From NCBI GenBank assembly GCA_045546615.1, contig JAZQDD010000020.1, forward strand, positions 972 through 64,971: a stretch of DNA of 64,000 bases, in the 5' to 3' direction. Source of the DNA: Eubacteriales bacterium. Its GTDB lineage: Bacteria; Bacillota; Clostridia; Oscillospirales; CAG-272. Positions within the stretch are counted from its first letter, which is position 1. Each line of letters begins with the position of its first letter. A model generated the notes under the pieces. It had not been told where the DNA came from. It did not search any database and saw only the letters and a program-made list of their open reading frames with translations. Shown here piece after piece: positions 14,618 to 24,505 of this stretch. The position numbers and the translations under genes were made by a program.

Positions 14618-15802
14618 ATGAAAAATTTTAAGAATCATATTGAATTCAGCACAAAGGAAGAGCTTCATTTTGAGTCTAAAGCTGTCCACGGCGCGCTTGG
14701 ATGCGAGCCGTTGACGGGTGCTGTAAGTATGCCTATCTATCAGTCAGCCACATTCCGCCACCCCGAGCTTGGAAACTCCACGGGTTTTGATTACAGCCGT
14801 CTTTCAAACCCCACAAGGCTGGAGCTGGAGCGCACCGTCGCCATTCTTGAGGGCGGCGTGCAGGGCTTTGCCTTTTCAAGCGGACAGGCGGCAAATATGG
14901 CTGTTTTCTCCCTGCTCAACGTGGGGGATCACGTCGTTATGTCCGACGATATATACGGCGGAACGCTCAGAATCATAAATGACGTTTTCGGAAAATACGG
15001 TATCAAGCACACCTGTGTTGACATGGGCGATCTTGACGCGGTAAGGGCGGCTATCACCCCCGAAACGAAAATGCTTTACGTTGAAACGCCCACAAACCCG
15101 ATGATGAAGGTTGCGGATATCGCCGCAGTCAGCGCGATAGCAAAGGAGATCGGCGCGTTGTGTGTTGTTGACAACACGTTCCTGACGCCGTATTACCAAA
15201 GACCGCTGGAGCTTGGCGCTGATATTGTAACCCACAGCTCAACGAAATACCTCGGCGGTCATAATGATACCATTTCGGGCATCGTTGTGGTAAAGGACGA
15301 TCTTGACATCTGCGCAAAGATCAGGGTGCATACCAAATCCTACGGCAGTCAGCTTGCTCCCTTGGACAGCTGGCTTGTGATACGCGGAATCAAAACGCTT
15401 GCCGTTCGTATGGACAAGCATACGGAAAACGCCAAAAAGGTTGCCGCTTGGCTCAGAACGCAGGAAAAGGTCAAAAAGGTCTACTACGTCGGCTTTGAGG
15501 ATCACGAGGGCTATGCCATCACCAAAAAGCAGACTACGGGCTTTGGCGGTATGATATCCTTTAGTGTTGACAGCGTTGATACGGTCAAAAAGATACTCAA
15601 AAACGTTGATATGGTCATGTTTGCGGAGAGTCTTGGCGGTACGGAAACGCTCATCACCTATCCCACTACGCAAACTCACGAGGATACCCCCAAGCACATC
15701 AAGGACGCTCTCGGTATAACCGACTGCTTCCTGCGCCTTTCCGTGGGTATTGAGAACGCAGAGGACATAATTGCCGACCTTGACAGGGCGATGAACGCTT
15801 AA
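14618..15802 (+). CDS. Cys/Met-metabolism PLP-dependent enzyme (cystathionine beta-lyase/gamma-synthase family)
   Basis: GGAGGG RBS. 394 aa. Contains YSRLSNPTR and the PLP-lysine motif HSSTKYLGGHND. Confidence 0.88.
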   Translation: MKNFKNHIEFSTKEELHFESKAVHGALGCEPLTGAVSMPIYQSATFRHPELGNSTGFDYSRLSNPTRLELERTVAILEGGVQGFAFSSGQAANMAVFSLLNVGDHVVMSDDIYGGTLRIINDVFGKYGIKHTCVDMGDLDAVRAAITPETKMLYVETPTNPMMKVADIAAVSAIAKEIGALCVVDNTFLTPYYQRPLELGADIVTHSSTKYLGGHNDTISGIVVVKDDLDICAKIRVHTKSYGSQLAPLDSWLVIRGIKTLAVRMDKHTENAKKVAAWLRTQEKVKKVYYVGFEDHEGYAITKKQTTGFGGMISFSVDSVDTVKKILKNVDMVMFAESLGGTETLITYPTTQTHEDTPKHIKDALGITDCFLRLSVGIENAEDIIADLDRAMNA

Positions 15803-15805
15803 ACG

Positions 15806-16699
15806 ATGAAATTTACTAAAATGCAGGCGTTTGGAAACGATTACGTTTACATTAACGCCATAAACGAGGAGCTGTGCGATCTTCCCACACTTGCGAGGTT
15901 CGTCAGCGACCGTCATTTTGCCATCGGCTCGGACGGAATGGTGCTTATCTGCCCGTCGCAGAGGGGCGATTTCCGTATGCGGATGTTCAACCCCGACGGA
16001 ACGGAGGGCGAAATGTGCGGAAACGCGCTCAGGAGCGTTGGAAAATACGTTTATGACCACGCGCTGACGGACAAGACCGAGCTTGTTATCGAAACTCTCG
16101 GCGGAATGCAAAAGCTCGCTCTTACCGTCGAGGACAGAGAGCCGAAGGACGGCGAGAGGGCGATGCCGTACAAAAACCGAGGATTTGTATCGAATATCAA
16201 AGCCGACATCGGTGCGCCCTGCCTTGACACGTCAAAAATCCCCGTAAACACGGCACTTCCCGAGTTCGTGGAGCAAAGGGTTCGTGTGCTTGACAGAGAG
16301 TTTTTCATAACCGCCGTATCGTGGGGAAATCCGCACGTTGCGATGTTTGTTGACGACGTTGCCTCGCTTGACGTTGAAAAATACGGCAAGGCGATAGAGT
16401 ATATGACGGAGCTTTTTCCGAACAAGACAAACGTCACGTTTGCCGAGCTTGTGTCGCGCGACGTGATAAAGATGCGTGAGTGGGAGCGAGGCACGGGTGA
16501 GACTATCGGATGCGGAACGGGCTGTTGCACCGCCGCCGTTGCGGGCGTGCTTACGGGCAGATGCGACAGGCGCGTGACCGTCCATCAGATAGGCGGGCCG
16601 CTTCTTGTCGAGTGGGACGAAGAAAGCGGACGTATGCTTATGACAGGCCCCAGCCACAACGTGTTTGAGGGCGAGATAGATATTTCGCATTTGTTTTAA
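15806..16699 (+). CDS. dapF: diaminopimelate epimerase
   Basis: FTKMQAFGNDYVYIN, with catalytic Cys motifs MCGNALR and GCGTGCC. Starts 4 nt after the preceding stop. Confidence 0.92.
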   Translation: MKFTKMQAFGNDYVYINAINEELCDLPTLARFVSDRHFAIGSDGMVLICPSQRGDFRMRMFNPDGTEGEMCGNALRSVGKYVYDHALTDKTELVIETLGGMQKLALTVEDREPKDGERAMPYKNRGFVSNIKADIGAPCLDTSKIPVNTALPEFVEQRVRVLDREFFITAVSWGNPHVAMFVDDVASLDVEKYGKAIEYMTELFPNKTNVTFAELVSRDVIKMREWERGTGETIGCGTGCCTAAVAGVLTGRCDRRVTVHQIGGPLLVEWDEESGRMLMTGPSHNVFEGEIDISHLF

Positions 16700-16706
16700 A
16701 ATAAGG

Positions 16707-16746
16707 ACAAAAGGTGGTTGAAGCCGAGGCTTCAACCACCTTTTGT
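16707..16746. terminator. bidirectional terminator
   Basis: ACAAAAGGTGGTTGAAGC-CGAG-GCTTCAACCACCTTTTGT between convergent genes. Confidence 0.85.
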
Positions 16747-16774
16747 CCTTCATGTTTGCCATTGGGCAAATATA

Positions 16775-17443
16775 TCACTCGCCCGAAGGGAGAATGTCAA
16801 CGTGACCGACGGTGCGTATTTTACCGTCCTCAACCACGATTCCGCCCTCGCGGGTATGGAAAACGTAGATTGGCAGTCCGCGCTCGGCGCGAGCACGGCG
16901 AATGCCATCGTCCTGCTCTTGCCTATGCTCGTAATGCACCTCAAGGTCAAAGCCCGAAAGGTAGGGCAGACCCTCGTAGTATCCGAACTCGGGGTAGTCC
17001 GCGTCGGGGGAAAGGTGATATTTGTCAAGCTGTATCACAGCTCCCGCGCTGTATCCCATTACTACGCCCTTGTGCGCCAAAAGCACGTCGCAAAGGTCAA
17101 ATTCGCGTATGCGCTCCAGCATTCTGTCGGGCAGTCCGCCCGTGAAATACACGGTGTCGGACATAAGGATCTTTTGCTTTGCGGACTCGGGTGTGTCCGT
17201 AAAATAGTTTATAAAGGTTATGTTTTCCTCGCGTACGCCAAAGGGACGAAAGGAGTCGACGGTTTCAAAATACATCCGTCCGACACCCCTGCCGAAAACG
17301 CGCTCCCACGACGGCGCGTCGAACACCTCGCTGTCGTAAAATGAAAACGCGACCACGGCGACCTTGGTTTTCGGAGAAAAATACTCTTTTAGCTCGTCGT
17401 AAAAATCATCTATATTGGGGCAGTCAAATAAAATATTTACCAT
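16775..17443 (-). CDS. peptidase S51 (dipeptidase E)-like protein
   Basis: AGGAGG RBS before ATG at 17443. Contains YFTGGLPDRM and the nucleophile-elbow-like VVMGYSAGAV. Confidence 0.7.
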   Translation of the reverse strand: MVNILFDCPNIDDFYDELKEYFSPKTKVAVVAFSFYDSEVFDAPSWERVFGRGVGRMYFETVDSFRPFGVREENITFINYFTDTPESAKQKILMSDTVYFTGGLPDRMLERIREFDLCDVLLAHKGVVMGYSAGAVIQLDKYHLSPDADYPEFGYYEGLPYLSGFDLEVHYEHRQEQDDGIRRARAERGLPIYVFHTREGGIVVEDGKIRTVGHVDILPSGE

Positions 17444-17588
17444 TTTTTCGCCTCCTTTTTTCGATATTATACCATTCCATACAGATAAAGTCAACCGGCG
17501 CGGTTCTTATTATTCATAAAACTTGTTGCTTTTTTTCGTTGCAGATGTTATAATAGATGTGACAAACATTACGAACAAGGAGAAGATC

Positions 17589-20264
17589 ATGAAAAAATCT
17601 GTGCGTATTATCTCTATTATCATGGCGCTTTTGGCGGCGCTTTGTTTTATGCTTTCATCGTGCGGCGGCACGGGTGTGTCGGGTGAAACGACCACGGGCG
17701 GCGAAACTACCACCGCGACTCCGCAAACACCGTCTGTACCCAAGGATGAATTTACTCTCCCGCTTGAGGACGGATACAACCAGCTCACCCTCTATTGGAC
17801 ACATAAGGGCGGATATGAAAATTGCGACATCTGGATGTGGTGGGGCGACAAGGCAGGTCAGGGCTACACCTTCCACGAGTGCGCCTACGGCGGCAAGGTC
17901 GTCATAAACGTTCCCGAGGGCGTAGAGGAAGTTGGCTTCATCGTCCGTGTGGATTGCTCCGAACCCGGCGGAAGCTCGTGGGGCAGTGCAACCAAGGATT
18001 TCGATCAGGACAGATTTGCCGTCATTGACGGACGCGAAACTGTCATTTATCTGAAATCGGGCGTGGAGGATCAATATACAAGTAACGATGGAGGAAAAAC
18101 TCTCGAAATGATTAAGAAATTCTCACTTGCAGGAATGGCAGACGAGAACAGAATACAGTTCAGAGTCACCCCCAAGGTGACGATATCAAGCCTTGATCAG
18201 GTCAAGGTATACAACGGTGAGCGCGAGGTCGCCGTAAAGAGCGTCTCCACTATGGGAACGGGTGCTATCAGCGGTTACATAGAGGTATCAGAGCCGCTTG
18301 ATCTTGCGGGCAATTACCGCGTTTCCATCGCAGGCTACGGCGAAAAGGCTGTTGTCCCTGTGGGCGTTTTCGACAGCAAATATTTTGCGGATAATTATCA
18401 CTACGACGGCAACGACCTTGGTGCCGTTGTCGATGGCGAGAACACGGTGTTCAAGCTCTGGGCGCCTACCGCGCAAAAGGTAGTGCTGAATCTCTTTAGC
18501 GCGGGCAACGGTGTTGATGCGTACAAGCAGGTCGAGCTTGTAAAGGGCGACAAGGGCGTTTGGTCGCACACCGAGCAGTGCGGACACGGCACTTACTACA
18601 CCTACTCCGTTACCACATCGGTCGGCACGCAGGAGGCGGTAGACCCCTACGCAAAGGCGGCAGGCGTTAACGGTGAGAGAGGAATGGTCGTTGACCTTTC
18701 ACGCACCAACCCCGAGGGCTGGGAGTCCGACTCCTCGCTCAAGAGCGTTTCGAGCTATTCCGAGGCTGTTATCTGGGAGATACACGTTCGTGATTTTTCC
18801 AACAAGATAAGCACCTCGCAGTACAAGGGCAAGTACCTTGCCTTTACCGAAAAGGGACTTGTAAACGAGCACGGACAGCCCATTGGTATCGATTACCTTA
18901 AAAATCTCGGCATCACGCACGTTCACCTGCTCCCCGTTTACGATTACGCATCGGTGGACGAGGCATCTGCCGAGCCGCAGTTCAACTGGGGATACGACCC
19001 CGAGAACTATAACGTTCCCGAGGGAAGCTATTCCACCGACCCCTACAACGGCGAGGTGAGAATAAAGGAATTCAAAGAGATGGTCATGGCTCTGCACGGG
19101 GCGGGTATCGGCGTTGTTATGGACGTTGTATATAACCACACCTACGATGCAAACAGCTCTTTTAACAAGATAGTTCCTTATTATTATTACAGATACACCG
19201 CCTCGGGCGCTAATTCTTCCGCCAGCGGATGCGGAAACGATACCGCTTCCGAGCGTTATATGTACGGCAAGTTCATGGTGGATTCCACTTCCTATTGGAT
19301 GGAAGAATATAACCTTGACGGCTTCCGCTTCGACCTTATGGGACTTCACGACCTTGCCACTATGCAAGAGGTCGAGAGTGCCGTGCACACGATAAACCCG
19401 AATGCGCTGATATACGGCGAGGGATGGACGATGGGCGCAACCATCGACGGAAGTGCGCAGGCAAATCAAGGACAGATAAGCAACGTAAAGCCCACGGGCA
19501 ACGCCATAGGTTCTATTGCCGTGTTTAACGACGTTATGCGTGACGGACTCAAGGGAAGTGTGTTTGAAAAGACCGCGCAGGGCTATATAAACGGCGCACC
19601 GAACAGCGCAAACCTTTCAAAGATAATATTCAGCATGAAGGGCGGAGTAGGCGTCGGCAAGGGCTGGACTGTGGAAAACGCTATGGTCGTAAACTATATG
19701 AGCGCGCACGACAACAACACCCTGTGGGATAAGCTCCTTTTGTCCAACGCCACCGCTTCCGACGCGGAGAGAATAGCCATGAACCGTCTTGGCGCAGCTA
19801 TTATTTTGGCGTCCAAGGGTATGCCCTTCTGGCAGGCAGGCGAGGAGATGCTCCGTACCAAGGGCGGTGACGAAAACAGCTATAAATCTTCCGACGAGGT
19901 CAACAATATCAACTGGTCCGTGCTGAAGGAAGGCAACGCCGAGTATGAAATGATGCTCTACTACAAGGGACTTATCGAAATGAGAAAGACCTTTGGCATC
20001 TTCTCGGACGGCGCAACTCTGATTAAAGAGGACGCACAGGGAAGCGGAGTCGTTGCGGTCAGCTTCGATGACGGAAACGGCGGCAAGGCGCTTCTGGTTA
20101 TGAACCCCAACAAGGTAGCTCTCCCCTATGAGCTTGGCGAGGAGTGGAATCTCGTTGCTGACTCTAATGTTGCGGGCGGCAGTGTGATAGCGCGTGAAAG
20201 CGGCTCGGTCAGCGTTAGTCCTTACGGCGTGAGAATATATGTAAACGACGCTCTTGTAAAGTGA
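17589..20264 (+). CDS. pulA: type I pullulanase (GH13), lipoprotein
   Basis: AAGGAG RBS before ATG 17589. Lipobox MLSSCGG. GH13 regions VVYNHT, GFRFDLMG, YGEGW, YMSAHDN. N-terminal CBM-like domains. Confidence 0.9.
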   Translation: MKKSVRIISIIMALLAALCFMLSSCGGTGVSGETTTGGETTTATPQTPSVPKDEFTLPLEDGYNQLTLYWTHKGGYENCDIWMWWGDKAGQGYTFHECAYGGKVVINVPEGVEEVGFIVRVDCSEPGGSSWGSATKDFDQDRFAVIDGRETVIYLKSGVEDQYTSNDGGKTLEMIKKFSLAGMADENRIQFRVTPKVTISSLDQVKVYNGEREVAVKSVSTMGTGAISGYIEVSEPLDLAGNYRVSIAGYGEKAVVPVGVFDSKYFADNYHYDGNDLGAVVDGENTVFKLWAPTAQKVVLNLFSAGNGVDAYKQVELVKGDKGVWSHTEQCGHGTYYTYSVTTSVGTQEAVDPYAKAAGVNGERGMVVDLSRTNPEGWESDSSLKSVSSYSEAVIWEIHVRDFSNKISTSQYKGKYLAFTEKGLVNEHGQPIGIDYLKNLGITHVHLLPVYDYASVDEASAEPQFNWGYDPENYNVPEGSYSTDPYNGEVRIKEFKEMVMALHGAGIGVVMDVVYNHTYDANSSFNKIVPYYYYRYTASGANSSASGCGNDTASERYMYGKFMVDSTSYWMEEYNLDGFRFDLMGLHDLATMQEVESAVHTINPNALIYGEGWTMGATIDGSAQANQGQISNVKPTGNAIGSIAVFNDVMRDGLKGSVFEKTAQGYINGAPNSANLSKIIFSMKGGVGVGKGWTVENAMVVNYMSAHDNNTLWDKLLLSNATASDAERIAMNRLGAAIILASKGMPFWQAGEEMLRTKGGDENSYKSSDEVNNINWSVLKEGNAEYEMMLYYKGLIEMRKTFGIFSDGATLIKEDAQGSGVVAVSFDDGNGGKALLVMNPNKVALPYELGEEWNLVADSNVAGGSVIARESGSVSVSPYGVRIYVNDALVK

Positions 20265-20268
20265 TAAA

Positions 20269-21564
20269 ATGAAGGCGTTTGTAAGGAGCTTTGCCCTGCT
20301 TTTACTCTGTGCCGCGTGCCTTGCCTCCTGCGGCGGAAAGAAGATAAACGCCGATTGGCGTCCGCACCCAAGCACCGCGAGGGTAGACTCCGACAGCCTT
20401 GAAATTGACACGGTGGCGGGACTTTCCGAGGATTTCATCCTCGGAATGGACGCCTCGTGCGTTCCCGCGCTTGAGGCGGCGGGGGTGAGATACTATGACC
20501 ACGGCGGCGCAGAGCGCGACGTGTACGGTATACTTGCTGACAACGGGATAAATTATATACGCGTCAGAGTGTGGAACGATCCTTTTGATGCTAATGGCAA
20601 CGGCTACGGCGGCGGAAACTGCGATATTGAAAACGCCGTAAACATAGGCAAACGCGCAACCGCGGCGGGGCTTAAACTGCTTGTGAATTTCCACTATTCG
20701 GATTTTTGGGCAGACCCCGCAAAGCAAATTGCACCAAAGGCGTGGCAGGGAATGAGCATCGAGCAAAAGGCGGATGCGCTGTATTCCTACACAAAGGAAA
20801 GTCTTACAAGGCTTGTTACGGCGGGCGTTGACGTTGGAATGGTGCAGATAGGCAACGAGACCAACGGCGCAATGTGCGGCGAAAAGTCAAGCTCGCTTGG
20901 CGGCTGGGAGCGAATAACGCGCCTTATGTCGGCGGGTGCGCGCGCTGTGCGAGACGTATGTCCCCACGCTCTTGTGGCGGTGCATTTCGCAAACCCCGAA
21001 AAGGTCGATAGTTACAAAAGCTACGGTAAAAACCTCGAATACTACGGCGTAGATTACGATGTTTTTGCATCTTCCTACTATCCGTTCTGGCACGGAAGCC
21101 TTGAAAATCTCTCCGCCGTTCTTTCGGATATAAACGAAAAGTACGGCAAAAAGGTTATGGTCGCGGAGACCTCGTATGCGTTTACGATGCGGGACAGCGA
21201 CAATTACGCAAACACCGTCGGCGGTGTTGACAGCATGGTCAAGGGGTATTCCTTTACCACAAGCGGTCAGGCAAAGCTCGTGCGTGACGTAATAGATACC
21301 GTGGCTCACACGGCGGGTGGAATAGGCGTGTTTTATTGGGAAGGCACGTGGATATCCGTCGGCGGCGGAAGCTACGGGGAAAATCTCGCCCTTTGGGAGA
21401 GGTACGGCGCAGGCTGGGCAAGCTCCTATGCATCGGAGTATGACTCTGCCGATGCGGGAAAGTGGTACGGCGGCTGTGCCGTGGACAATCAGGCGTTTTT
21501 TACCGCCGACGGAAAGGCGACAGAGGCCCTGAAGGTTTTTGCTCTCGTAAGAGGGAACGATTGA
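20269..21564 (+). CDS. arabinogalactan endo-beta-1,4-galactanase (GH53), lipoprotein
   Basis: Lipobox CLASCGG. Contains GINYIRVRVWNDP, NFHYSDFWADPAKQ, the acid/base motif VQIGNETNG and the nucleophile motif VMVAETSYA. Confidence 0.9.
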   Translation: MKAFVRSFALLLLCAACLASCGGKKINADWRPHPSTARVDSDSLEIDTVAGLSEDFILGMDASCVPALEAAGVRYYDHGGAERDVYGILADNGINYIRVRVWNDPFDANGNGYGGGNCDIENAVNIGKRATAAGLKLLVNFHYSDFWADPAKQIAPKAWQGMSIEQKADALYSYTKESLTRLVTAGVDVGMVQIGNETNGAMCGEKSSSLGGWERITRLMSAGARAVRDVCPHALVAVHFANPEKVDSYKSYGKNLEYYGVDYDVFASSYYPFWHGSLENLSAVLSDINEKYGKKVMVAETSYAFTMRDSDNYANTVGGVDSMVKGYSFTTSGQAKLVRDVIDTVAHTAGGIGVFYWEGTWISVGGGSYGENLALWERYGAGWASSYASEYDSADAGKWYGGCAVDNQAFFTADGKATEALKVFALVRGND

Positions 21565-21588
21565 AAACAATAAAAATGGAGAAGAATA

Positions 21589-23187
21589 ATGACGAAAAAA
21601 ATTGCTTTTTTATTAGCGGCGGTTATGCTTTTTGCGGCTTGCGTGCTTACGGGCTGTGATAAGCCCGAGGAGGAGCTTCCCGTGCAAGCAGATACAATAA
21701 ACGATAATTACAGAACTTTTTATCAGATATTCGTAGGCTCGTTCTCCGACTCGAACGGCGACGGCATCGGAGATCTGCGCGGTATTATCAACCGTTTTGA
21801 TTATCTGAATGACGGTAATATAAATTCGGGCAAGAGCCTTGGCGTGCAGGGAATATGGCTCTCTCCCATCTTCTCCTCGCCCTCGTACCACAAGTACGAT
21901 GCAAAGGATTACTATCAGGTGGATTGGCGTTTCGGCACACAGGCTGACCTTAAAGAGCTTATTGAGCTTTGCCATTCCCGCAACGTAAAGATAATACTTG
22001 ACGTTGCCATAAATCACACTTCAAGCTCGCATGCGTGGTACACCGAGTTCAAGAACGCGCGTGCCGCGGGGGATACGAATAACAAGTATTACGATTACTA
22101 TTCCTGCGTAACTGCGGCGGAGAAAAAGAACGGTATCGCCTATCAGAAGATAGCGGGTGCTGACTGCTGGGTGGAGTGCAACTTCTCGGGGGATATGCCC
22201 GAGCTGAATTTTGATAATCCCGAGGTAAAGGCGCAGACGCTTGATATCGCCAAGCACTATCTTGACCTTGGCGTTGACGGCTTCCGCTTTGACGCGGTCA
22301 AGTACATTTACTACGGCGACACCGCACGCTCGGTTGCGTTCTGGAAGTGGTATATGAGCGAGCTTCGCGCGATAAAGCCCGATATCTACTGCGTTGGCGA
22401 GTGCTGGTCGGGCGAGACGGAGATACTTGATTACTACGGCGCGATGAACTGCTTTAATTTCGCTATGTCGCAGGCAGAGGGTGTTGTCGCAACGGCGGCA
22501 AAGGGCTCGTCCATCACCACATATACAAAATACATCGAATCCTTTGGGGATAAGATAGCGGCAAAGAATCCAAGCGGAATGGCAATGCCCTTCCTTTCCA
22601 ATCACGATATGGATAGAATTGCAGGTGCGTTCGTTACCGAGAACCACATGCGCATGGCGGCAAATCTCTATCTTTTAAGCCCCGGCTCGCCCGTTATCTA
22701 CTACGGCGAGGAGATAGGAATGCGCGGCTCGCGCGGAAGCGAGAATACCGATGCCAACCGCCGTCTTGCTATGCTTTGGGGTGACGAGGACATGATCAAA
22801 GACCCCGTCGGCTCAACCTACCCCGAAAAAAATCAGATAAAGACAACTGTCGCACAGCAGACGGCTGATGCGGGCAGTATGTATAACTACTATTGCAAGC
22901 TCATCGCTGTCCGTCACAAATATCCCGCCATCGCACGCGGCGATTACAAGGCTGTGGACTGCTCAAGCAGATATCTCGGCGGCTTCGTTATCGAGCATGA
23001 CGGAGACAAGATAGGTCTTTTCCACAACACCTCGTCTACCGAGGAGATGAGCGTCGACCTTTCGAGCTGTGCGGCGCTTTCGGGTATCAATTTCGTTGCC
23101 GTTTGCGACTCTATCGGCATTTCGGGCGCAAGGCTTGAGGGAACGATACTCACCGTAGGCCCGCAGACCAGCGTTATTATAAAATAA
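21589..23187 (+). CDS. GH13 alpha-amylase family enzyme, lipoprotein
   Basis: Lipobox VLTGCDK. Contains GDGIGDLRGI, DVAINHTS, GVDGFRFDAVKY, VGECW, FLSNHDMDR. Confidence 0.9.
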   Translation: MTKKIAFLLAAVMLFAACVLTGCDKPEEELPVQADTINDNYRTFYQIFVGSFSDSNGDGIGDLRGIINRFDYLNDGNINSGKSLGVQGIWLSPIFSSPSYHKYDAKDYYQVDWRFGTQADLKELIELCHSRNVKIILDVAINHTSSSHAWYTEFKNARAAGDTNNKYYDYYSCVTAAEKKNGIAYQKIAGADCWVECNFSGDMPELNFDNPEVKAQTLDIAKHYLDLGVDGFRFDAVKYIYYGDTARSVAFWKWYMSELRAIKPDIYCVGECWSGETEILDYYGAMNCFNFAMSQAEGVVATAAKGSSITTYTKYIESFGDKIAAKNPSGMAMPFLSNHDMDRIAGAFVTENHMRMAANLYLLSPGSPVIYYGEEIGMRGSRGSENTDANRRLAMLWGDEDMIKDPVGSTYPEKNQIKTTVAQQTADAGSMYNYYCKLIAVRHKYPAIARGDYKAVDCSSRYLGGFVIEHDGDKIGLFHNTSSTEEMSVDLSSCAALSGINFVAVCDSIGISGARLEGTILTVGPQTSVIIK

Positions 23188-23238
23188 GATGGAAAAAATT
23201 ATAATTGAGATCAAATATTTTACAAACGAAGGTAAACT

Positions 23239-24336
23239 ATGATACTTGGAATAGATGCATCTACATATCTTGAGGAGCTGGAGCACGGCGCGAAATTTTT
23301 TGACGGCGAGCGCGAGATAGACCCGCTTGCCGCGCTTGCGGACAACGGCGTTAACTGTATGCGCATCCGCGTGTGGAACGATCCGCGCGGCGAAGACGGT
23401 GCGCCCTACCTTGCGGGCAACTGTGATATTGATAATTACGTAAAGCTCGGCAAGCTCGCAAAGAGCCGCGGTTATGACCTTCTGCTGGATTTTCATTACA
23501 GCGATTTTTGGGCAGACCCCGCAAAGCAACTTCTCCCCAAGGCGTGGCGCGGACTTGGTTTTGACGAGCTGTGCGACGCGGTGTATTCGTTTACGCGCGA
23601 GTGCCTTTGCACCGCCGCAGAGAACGGCGTTGCCCCCGCGTATATTCAGGTCGGCAACGAGATAACCCACGGTATACTCTGGCCTCACGGTAGGCTCGAG
23701 GAGGACGGCAAACGCGGAAATTATGAAAATTTCTGCCGTCTTGTCAAGGCGGGCGTGCGCGCCTGCCGCGAGATATGCCCCGAGGCAAAGCTGATACTCC
23801 ACCTTGAGCGTAGCAACGATGCGGCGGTTTATCAGGAGTTTTACGCGAAAATGGACGAATTTGGCGTGGATTACGACATTATCGGCGCGTCATACTATAC
23901 ATATTGGCACGGCACGCCCGACGAGCTTTTTGCAAATCTTCGCGCCTGCCGACGTTTCGGTAAGCCGATAATGATAATGGAGCTTGGCTACGGCTTTACG
24001 GACGAGCCGTATTACATCGACGGCAAGGCGTACCCCGTCATTATTGATGCCGAGAGGGCGTATATCAAGGGCTTGTCCGAAAAATACCCCTTTACGCCCG
24101 ACGGTCAGGCGCGCTTTATACGCGACCTGCTTGCAAGGGCGCGTGCCGACGGCATTGCGGGCGCGTTTTACTGGGAGCCGCTGTGGATACCGCGTAAGGG
24201 AATTTGCTGGGCATCCGAGTCCGCGCTTGAATATATCGGTGAGGCGGGCAAGCCCACCGCCAACGAATGGGCAAATCAATGTATGTTCGATTACGATGGA
24301 CGAAAGCTTCCCGTTTTTGAAGAATATAAGAATTAA
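23239..24336 (+). CDS. GH53 endo-beta-1,4-galactanase paralog without signal peptide
   Basis: In-frame TAA two codons upstream of ATG 23239 (23233-23235). Contains GVNCMRIRVWNDP, DFHYSDFWADPAKQ, VGNEITHG, IMIMELGYG. Confidence 0.88.
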   Translation: MILGIDASTYLEELEHGAKFFDGEREIDPLAALADNGVNCMRIRVWNDPRGEDGAPYLAGNCDIDNYVKLGKLAKSRGYDLLLDFHYSDFWADPAKQLLPKAWRGLGFDELCDAVYSFTRECLCTAAENGVAPAYIQVGNEITHGILWPHGRLEEDGKRGNYENFCRLVKAGVRACREICPEAKLILHLERSNDAAVYQEFYAKMDEFGVDYDIIGASYYTYWHGTPDELFANLRACRRFGKPIMIMELGYGFTDEPYYIDGKAYPVIIDAERAYIKGLSEKYPFTPDGQARFIRDLLARARADGIAGAFYWEPLWIPRKGICWASESALEYIGEAGKPTANEWANQCMFDYDGRKLPVFEEYKN

Positions 24337-24422
24337 TTCCAATTTTCTTTTAGATTTTGTTTAAAAATTAACCAAGTGTTTTGTATAAAGTTCATAAATC
24401 TGATTAATTTTTGACACGCTCC

Positions 24423-24451
24423 TTGACAAAAGTCTGAAAATTCGGTATAAT
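24423..24451 (+). promoter_or_regulatory. promoter of the ABC transporter genes
   Basis: TTGACA-N17-TATAAT, ~55 nt upstream of the binding-protein start. Confidence 0.7.
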
Positions 24452-24505
24452 AACAATGACGCTTTATGCGTGAATAAAAAATTACATCACAGGAGGAAAA
24501 CTTTA

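Noticed and set aside
15239-16111. 290-aa minus-strand ORF spanning the metC-like/dapF junction
   Set aside because: It overlaps two well-supported plus-strand genes and has no motifs or RBS. It is a typical GC-rich shadow ORF. The same reasoning applies to 16718-17344(+), 18699-19469(-), 19617-20438(-), 20887-21570(-), 22963-23802(-), 28701-29558(-), 40162-41229(+), 41613-42248(+), 51802-52722(-), 53244-53891(-) and 55972-57084(-).
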